A stretch of 64,000 nt of DNA from an uncultured delta proteobacterium. GTDB lineage: Bacteria; Desulfobacterota; Binatia; Binatales; Binataceae. The notes beneath the pieces were generated by a model. It saw only the letters and a program-made list of their open reading frames with translations. It searched no databases and had not been told where the DNA came from. The translations under genes were made by a program, and so were the position numbers. Positions 57,501 to 64,000 of this stretch are shown one piece after another (within the stretch, counting starts at the first letter, position 1; each line of letters opens with the position of its first letter). The stretch covers positions 800,001 to 864,000 of the forward strand of contig CAVRVY010000004.1 of NCBI GenBank assembly GCA_963724765.1. The letters are read 5' to 3'.

Positions 57501-58343
57501 ATGCCCGAAGACAAGTTTCAGATTGCCGGCGGACTCAAATTGCACTACCTGGACTTCGGTGGTGAGGGAAAGCCGGCGTTGGTCTGTATCCACGGGCTGA
57601 CCGGCAACGCGCACAACTTTGACGCGCTGGCCCCGCATCTGACGGCGCGCTACCGCGTGCTCGCGCTCGACGTCCGCGGCCGCGGCGACAGCGGGTGGGG
57701 TGCGCCGCTAGACTACAATCCGCAGGTCTACGTCAGCGACCTCAAGGAATTCCTCGACGGGCTCGGAATCAAACGCGTGAGCCTGGTGGGAACCTCGATG
57801 GGCGGTGTGATCTCGATGATGTTCGCCGGCGGCTATCCGGAAACCGTCGAACACCTGGTCCTAAACGACATCGGCCCTGACATCGATCCGGCCGGCCTGA
57901 TGCGAATCATGGCCTATCTTGGCCAGGCGCCCGATCGCTTCAAGAATCTGGCCGAGGTCGGAGCCTACTACCGCGAAATCTACCCGCCCGCGGCCACGCT
58001 CTCGGACGAGGTGCTCACCGAGTGGGTGCGATGGTCGGTGAAGACGGCCGAGGACGGCAGGCTTACGTGGAAGATGGACCCGGCGGTTCGCCGCCCGCCG
58101 CGCGGAGGCTCGGCGGCGCGGCCGATCGATCTGTGGCTGCCCTACAATCGCGTGATGGCGCCCATCTTGATCGTGCGCGGGGCGGAGAGCGACATCCTGT
58201 CGCGCGAAACGGCGGCCCGGATGGTCAAGGTGCAACGCGGCGTGCGCCTGGTCGAGGTTCCCGGCGTCGGCCACGCGCCCTCGCTGGTCGAGCCGGAAGC
58301 GCTCGAGGAGATTACCGGCTTCCTCGGCGTCGCCAAGGCGTAG
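57501..58343 (+). CDS. Alpha/beta hydrolase
   Basis: IHGLTGN, DVRGRGDS, GTSMGG, LNDIGP, RGAESD, VGHAP. Confidence 0.92.
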   Translation: MPEDKFQIAGGLKLHYLDFGGEGKPALVCIHGLTGNAHNFDALAPHLTARYRVLALDVRGRGDSGWGAPLDYNPQVYVSDLKEFLDGLGIKRVSLVGTSMGGVISMMFAGGYPETVEHLVLNDIGPDIDPAGLMRIMAYLGQAPDRFKNLAEVGAYYREIYPPAATLSDEVLTEWVRWSVKTAEDGRLTWKMDPAVRRPPRGGSAARPIDLWLPYNRVMAPILIVRGAESDILSRETAARMVKVQRGVRLVEVPGVGHAPSLVEPEALEEITGFLGVAKA

Positions 58344-58359
58344 CGCGGCGCAAAGCAAA

Positions 58360-61300
58360 TCAACTTCCGCGGCCGGCGACCGACACCTTGACCGTGGCCG
58401 GGGTGCCCGGCGCGGTGTCCGTCATCACCAGCGTCGCGGTCGCCCTGCCCGTCACCGTCGGCGCGAACTGCACGCCGATCGTCAGGCTCTGATGCGGCTG
58501 CAGCGTGAACGCTGCGGCACCCTGGGTGAGAGTGAACGGGCTGCCGATAGCGAACGCGCCTACACTGCCGTTCAGCACGCCGCGCGCCGCGTTGGTGACG
58601 GTGAAGGTCTTGGTGAGCGTGGTGCTTCTGGCGACCGGGCCGAAACCGAGCGTCGGCAGCACCGCGGGCGGTATCGGCGCTGCCAGGTTGACCACCAGAT
58701 GCCCGCCCACTCCTATGCCGCCGATCGGAAGGTTCACGCTCGGATGCGCCGGATCGTCGCTGATGATCGCCAAAGTGGCGCTAACATGACCGATGACCGT
58801 GGGCGTAAATTGTACGGTAACAAATTGCTTCTGGCCGGGCGCGAGATTAAACGTCCCGCCGCCCGCGCTCACGTTAAAGGGCGCGGCAAGTGCGCCAACC
58901 GACCCGGTGAGCATACCAATACCGCTGTTCCTGACCGCAAATCTCATCGACCCCGGCGTGACGCCGATTCCGACCCGGCCGAACCCCATACTGACCGGGA
59001 GCGCAAGCGTGCCCGCAACTCCGTGCCCGACAAGCGCGACCGTGAAGACCGGATGATGCAGGTCGCTGCTGGTGATGTTCAGGCTGCCGGTCGCCTTACC
59101 GATCAACGTGGGTGTGAACTGGATCGTCACCGCAGTTTTGTGCAAAGGCGCAATCGCGAATGGTCCGAATCCCGAAAGCACCGCGCAGGGCCGCGCCATC
59201 GCGCCCAGCGACACGGTCAGCGTCTTGTACGGGCTGAGATTATGGATGTTCACCACCCTGATCCGGGGCGCAACACCGATTCCCACCGAACCGAATAGCA
59301 TCGGCGTGGCGACCGAGAGCGTACCGCCCGGCACCGGTGTCGGAGTCGGTGTCGGTGTTGGCGCTGGTGTCACAACGGGGGTCGGCGTCACGATCGGAGT
59401 CGGCGCCGGCGACGGCGTTGCCGTGGGTGACGCGATGGGCGTCGGCGTTGGTGTCGGCACCGGTGACGGCGTTGCCGTGGATGACGCGGTCGGCGTCGGA
59501 GTCGGCGCAGCCGACGGCGTCGGTGACGCGATGGGCGTGGGAGTTGGGGTCACAATGGGCGTTGGCGTCGCAACGGGCGTCTGCGTCGGAGTCGGCGCCG
59601 GTGATGGGGTTCCCGTGGGGGACGCGGTCGGCGTGGGCGTGGCGATCGCTTGCGGATGGTCGTACTCGAGCATGCGGCTGTCGGCCGAATCGGCGACATA
59701 GAGATTGCCGGCGCTGTCCAGCGCGACTCCGTTGGGCGCGCACAGTGTGTCGGCGCTGGCCGTGACGACGCACTGCGTGTCAGTGTCGGTGGCACGGCCG
59801 AATACCAGGTCGGCGCTCGCATCGCCCGCGCCACTCTCGCCACTGGCCGCGTTGAGCGGAGTGTTGTACTCGAGGACGCGATTGTCGCCGGTATCGGTGA
59901 CGTAGAGATCGCCGGCGCTGTCGGCCGCGACGCTTGCGGGCTGGCAGAGGCTGTCGGGCCCCACACCGCCAATGTCGCCGTCGGCAATTCCGCGGTTGCA
60001 TCCGGTGGCGGTAAAACTACCGGCCTGGCCGAAAACGAAATCGGCGTTGGTGTCGCCGGCATCGTACTCGAACACCCGGCTGTTGCCATAGTCGGCGACG
60101 TAGAGATTGCCCGTCTGGTCGAGCGCCACGCCGGTTGGATTGCACAGGCTGTCTGGACCGGCGCCGTTGAGGTCGCCACCCGCGGCGCCGTCATTGCACG
60201 CGACCGTGGCGAAGCTCAAGTTTTGGCCGAAGACAAGATCCGCGGTGGTATCACCGGCGGAACCGGATATGCCGGGGGTGCCGCCGCCGGCCGCCAGCGG
60301 ATCGTCGTATTCGAGTACGCGGCTGTTATCGGTGTCGGCAACGAAGACGTCGCCCTCGGGGTCTACCGCGACCCCGCTGGGACGGTTGAGCCCGTCGACG
60401 CCGCCGCCGCTGACGACGGTGGTGAAGCTGCCGCCCTGGCCAAACACCTTCTGCGCGCTTTGTCCTGCGGTCATGCCGCTGCTGAAGGGCTGGGCGAACT
60501 CGAGCACGCGGTTGTCGTCGGCGTCGGCGACGTAGAGATTGCCTGCGCTATCGACGGCGACTCCACTGGGCTCACACAAACTGTCGGGGCCGACGCCATT
60601 TACGTCGCCGCCCGCCAGTCCGGCGTCGCACACGAAGCTGAAAAAGTCAGGTTGGCCGATAACCAGCGCGGCCGCCGCGCCGTCGGCAAACGCGCTTGCG
60701 CTGGTCCATCCGAGCACCCGGCTGTTGGCGGTGTCCGCGACATAGAGATGCCCGTCCGCGTCGATCGCGGGGTTCGCGGCCAGCACGTTGGTCGACGCCG
60801 GATTAGCCAGCTCGAGCGCGGCGGGGCCGCCAAAGTTATCCATGTTGTGCTCAAGGTCGGTCTGGCCGAGTTCGCGGTCGGCGATCGTGTCGCCGGCGCC
60901 ACTCTCGCCGCTGGCTGCGTTGAGCGGCGTATTGTAGACCAGCAGCCGGCCGTTGTCCGAGTCCGTGGCGTAGAGGTTGCCCGGGGCGTCAAGCGCGACG
61001 GAGGCGGGCGAACAGAGCGCGCCGGCATCGACCACGATTCCGAAGCCGGCCAACAGCCCGGTGTCGGAACCGTTGCACAGCGCGGTCGTGAAGCTCCCGG
61101 CCTGGCCAAACACCAGGTCGGCCACCGCGTCACCGGCCCCACTCTCGCCGCTGCCGCTGTTTAGCGGCGTGTTGAACTCCAGCAGGCGGCTGTTGCCGGC
61201 GTCGGCGACATAGAGATTGCCGGCGCCGTCGGTCACGAGTCCCTGCGGATCGGAAAGACTGTCGGGCCCCAGGCCAGCCACATCGCCGCCCCCGGCGCCG

Positions 61301-62364
61301 TCGTTCGCCCCGCCGGTGGTAAAGCTGCCGTTCTGGCCGAAGACATTGTCGGCGATGGTGTCGCCGGCGCCGGCCAAGCCGCTCGACGGATTGAGCGGCG
61401 TGTTGTATTCGAGGATGCGATTGTTGTTGGTGTCGGCCACGTAGAGGTTGCCGCTCGCGTCGGTGATGACGCCGGTTGGCCCGCACAGGCTGTCGGGCCC
61501 TGTGCCGCTCACATCGCCGCCCGCCGTGCCGTCGGCGCAGAGCTTGGTCGTGAAGCTGTTGCTCTGGCCGAAAACCATGTCGGCGAGCGCGTCGCCGGCG
61601 CCGCTTTCGCCGATGCCGGCGTTAAGCGGCGTGCTGTATTCGAGCACACGGCTGGCGCCGCTGTCGGCGATGTAGAGATTGCCGACCGCGTCAACCGCAA
61701 CCGCTCGCGGATCGCACAGGCTGTCGACACCGACGCCGGCGACGTCGGCGCCCGCGATGCCGTCGTCGCATCCGCTGCCGACAAAGCTGCCATGTTGTCC
61801 AAAAACCATCGCGGCCGCCTCGCCTTGGGTAACTCCGCTCAGAAATGGGCTGCTGAACTCCAACACGCGATTGTCGATGCTGTCGGCGACGTAGAGATTG
61901 CCGGCGCTGTCGACCGCGACACCCTCGGGTCCGCACAGACTGTCGGCGCCCATCCCGCCCACGTCACCACCCGCCGCGCCGTCGTCGCATCGGTAGCTGT
62001 AAAAATCTGGCTGGCCGATCACGATACTGGCCGGAGCTCCGTTGTTGAACATGCTCGCACTGGTCCATCCCAGCACCCGGTTGTTGATCGAATCCCCGAC
62101 GTACAGATGACCAGCCGCATCGACCGCCACGCCGGTCGGGCCGGAAAGCGCGTCCGCGCCGCCAAAGTCGAACATGCTGTGGGTGAAATCAACTTCGCCC
62201 AACTCGCGATCGGCGGTAGTATCGCCGGCGGTTCCAGGTGTGCCCGCGACCGCCACGCGCACGAACGACAACGCCGCAGCGACTGCCAGCGCGGCGAACA
62301 CTGCTCCAACGGAAAGATAGTTACCGCCGCCGGCAAAGCGGCGGCGCCTTGGATGGATACCCAT
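58360..62364 (-). CDS. Large secreted surface protein: 12 NHL-like repeats, Pro/Thr linker, three Ig-like (choice-of-anchor D/ASH-like) domains
   Basis: Signal peptide; 12 copies of G(N/H/D)LYVAD..N.RVL; (TP)n linker; three FG.V...N....F.PT..G...SDD/SSD modules. Confidence 0.85.
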   Translation of the reverse strand: MGIHPRRRRFAGGGNYLSVGAVFAALAVAAALSFVRVAVAGTPGTAGDTTADRELGEVDFTHSMFDFGGADALSGPTGVAVDAAGHLYVGDSINNRVLGWTSASMFNNGAPASIVIGQPDFYSYRCDDGAAGGDVGGMGADSLCGPEGVAVDSAGNLYVADSIDNRVLEFSSPFLSGVTQGEAAAMVFGQHGSFVGSGCDDGIAGADVAGVGVDSLCDPRAVAVDAVGNLYIADSGASRVLEYSTPLNAGIGESGAGDALADMVFGQSNSFTTKLCADGTAGGDVSGTGPDSLCGPTGVITDASGNLYVADTNNNRILEYNTPLNPSSGLAGAGDTIADNVFGQNGSFTTGGANDGAGGGDVAGLGPDSLSDPQGLVTDGAGNLYVADAGNSRLLEFNTPLNSGSGESGAGDAVADLVFGQAGSFTTALCNGSDTGLLAGFGIVVDAGALCSPASVALDAPGNLYATDSDNGRLLVYNTPLNAASGESGAGDTIADRELGQTDLEHNMDNFGGPAALELANPASTNVLAANPAIDADGHLYVADTANSRVLGWTSASAFADGAAAALVIGQPDFFSFVCDAGLAGGDVNGVGPDSLCEPSGVAVDSAGNLYVADADDNRVLEFAQPFSSGMTAGQSAQKVFGQGGSFTTVVSGGGVDGLNRPSGVAVDPEGDVFVADTDNSRVLEYDDPLAAGGGTPGISGSAGDTTADLVFGQNLSFATVACNDGAAGGDLNGAGPDSLCNPTGVALDQTGNLYVADYGNSRVFEYDAGDTNADFVFGQAGSFTATGCNRGIADGDIGGVGPDSLCQPASVAADSAGDLYVTDTGDNRVLEYNTPLNAASGESGAGDASADLVFGRATDTDTQCVVTASADTLCAPNGVALDSAGNLYVADSADSRMLEYDHPQAIATPTPTASPTGTPSPAPTPTQTPVATPTPIVTPTPTPIASPTPSAAPTPTPTASSTATPSPVPTPTPTPIASPTATPSPAPTPIVTPTPVVTPAPTPTPTPTPVPGGTLSVATPMLFGSVGIGVAPRIRVVNIHNLSPYKTLTVSLGAMARPCAVLSGFGPFAIAPLHKTAVTIQFTPTLIGKATGSLNITSSDLHHPVFTVALVGHGVAGTLALPVSMGFGRVGIGVTPGSMRFAVRNSGIGMLTGSVGALAAPFNVSAGGGTFNLAPGQKQFVTVQFTPTVIGHVSATLAIISDDPAHPSVNLPIGGIGVGGHLVVNLAAPIPPAVLPTLGFGPVARSTTLTKTFTVTNAARGVLNGSVGAFAIGSPFTLTQGAAAFTLQPHQSLTIGVQFAPTVTGRATATLVMTDTAPGTPATVKVSVAGRGS
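59335..59645 (-). repeat. Coding Pro/Thr low-complexity linker
   Basis: About 100 codons of TPTPTA/SP repeats. Confidence 0.85.
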
Positions 62365-63040
62365 TTTCGAGACAACTCCTGTCCGCCGAAAACTTGAAAC
62401 CGGGGAGTCGCAAGAAACGATCCCAGGCGGTCTCGTTATGACTCACCAGTGCCGCTCAGTTACGCTAACTGCGCACATGCATTTGGCATTTGGCTTAAAT
62501 AGTCAGTGCGTCTTACGCGACGCGCGCGCGTCACATGGGGCACGATCTTTTTTTCGCACCGATGACACACTACGAAACAATAAGTGCTCGAACGCGAGAC
62601 ACCGTCTTACTGAGGAATGTTGCAGCGATCCCGTCCTAAATCTCCGGCACTCAACTCCCAGCGTTGGAATAGTCTTTCCCTTCTGGGCAACTGGAATCTC
62701 GCAGACCTATGTGGCGCGCGCATTCCCTGGCAGGAATGAGTCGGATCGCCAAGTGCCCGAATCAGACTTGCCGATACCGCCTCGGCGCACCAGGACGGCC
62801 AGCCACACTAAGACTAGTACAGATAGAGTAACTACCACACCTTAATGCCTTAAAGTCTTAAATTGACACGTCAGTTGTTCGCGTTAATGTTTGATCTATG
62901 GTTAATGCCTTATCTATGTTCAAATCAATTATTCATGTATACTCAGTGTCACTACGTCGAATATCAATTGACATTATACCGGCTTGTGAGGACCTTCCAG
63001 GTTCGGCGACGTAGGTTCGTGCAAGCGAGATCGCTTTTCA

Positions 63041-64000
63041 ATGAGGACCCTTCGAATGAATATCCGAGGTCGTGAATCCGGACAGATGATATTTCTCGCC
63101 ACCATTGCGATGATCGCCCTGCTTGGCTTCAGCGCTTTGGCGGTTGATATGGGGATGATTTATTCCACAAGGCGCCGCATGCAGACGGCCGCCGATGCTG
63201 CGGCAGTCGCAGGCGCCACGGCACTGCGCGACGGACAGAATTACACCCAAACCGCCGACACCGTTAGTTCATTCAACGGTTTTACCAATTCGCAGAACAA
63301 TGTGGCGGTTACGGTTAGTGAACCTACACTGCCCTCGCCGTATCCCAGCGGTGTAACCTACGTCGAGGTCGACATTTCTCAATCCGTACCTACCTATTTC
63401 CTGCGCGCGCTGGGTTTCAATTCAATGAACGTGGGCGCTCGGGCCGTGAGCGGCGCCGTCGCCGGACCTTCCTGCATATATGACTGGATCCGATTGACTC
63501 GAACACCCTGTCGTTGACGGGCAATTCCAACGTCAATTCTCAGTGCGGTGTAATCGATGACTCGACTTCTTCCTCCGGGCTTTCGCTTAACGGCAATGTC
63601 ACGCTAACGGCAACGTCTATCGGCGTGGTCGGGAGCAGTTTTTCCCAGTCTGGCAACGTCACCGTTTCGCCGCAGCCTGTCGAAAACCTCGCGGCGCTGA
63701 GTGACCCGCTGGCCGCTCGGGCCACAACCGTAGCGCTCAGCGCGGGCACCTGCGCTCAGCAGACTGGCGAATCGGGAAGCGAGAACTGGAGCGGCAATAT
63801 CACCAGTCTCACGGTCCCTAGCGGGGTATATGATGGCGGCATCAGCATCAGCGGGAACATCGGTTCCGTCATCTTCTCCGCCGGCAACTATGGGAACAAC
63901 GTGAACTTCAACGGGAATGGCGGGAGCCTGACTTTCAATCCTGGCGAGTACCAGAACGGCGGCAGCGGCGACGGCATCACACTAAGTGGAAATACCGCGA
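63041..64000 (+). pseudogene. tadG: TadG-like pseudopilin, frameshifted and truncated by the window end
   Basis: ESGQMIF..., LAVDMG, MQTAADAAAVAGA, VPTYFLRALG; TGC ATA TAT GA CTG GAT CCG (CIY[A]LDP) lacks one base at about 63482; the shifted frame stays open to 64000. Confidence 0.75.

Overview
GC-rich bacterial chromosomal window with about 60 genes. I saw no rRNA, tRNA, CRISPR array, integrase or transposase. The gene content (three LLM oxidoreductases, a class III CoA-transferase, several alpha/beta hydrolases, a Pro/Thr-linked Ig-like surface protein) resembles Ca. Binatota/Deltaproteobacteria-like soil bacteria; this is inference only. Left half, mostly core metabolism: OM channel plus Mo/W ABC transporter, NfeD-SPFH, UDG, Zn-phospholipase C-like, coaBC, ino1, ferredoxin, Mrp, flavoreductase-glyA-F420-type LLM, uppP, ArnT-like GT, ATP-grasp/alpha-E/transglutaminase and a sirtuin. 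Right half, more accessory: a Met-rich secreted protein cotranscribed with cytochrome b and a Tat molybdoenzyme; pobA; ECF sigma/anti-sigma/Spy; mocA-xdhC; an orphan Fis-type HTH; a split Tad pilus locus with an unannotated decayed second flp and a frameshifted tadG; a class III PHA synthase cluster; and two large secreted beta-propeller proteins. The strongest signals beyond gene calls are: (i) two perfect TGTCG-N6-CGACA boxes at the PHA cluster next to a CRP-family regulator with a CooA-like RQ recognition helix; (ii) five correctly spaced sigma54 -24/-12 motifs on the minus strand between 40.8 and 55.1 kb; (iii) the Met-rich protein/molybdoenzyme operon; (iv) many short tandem duplications. 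All calls are from motif reading by eye; no searches were run.
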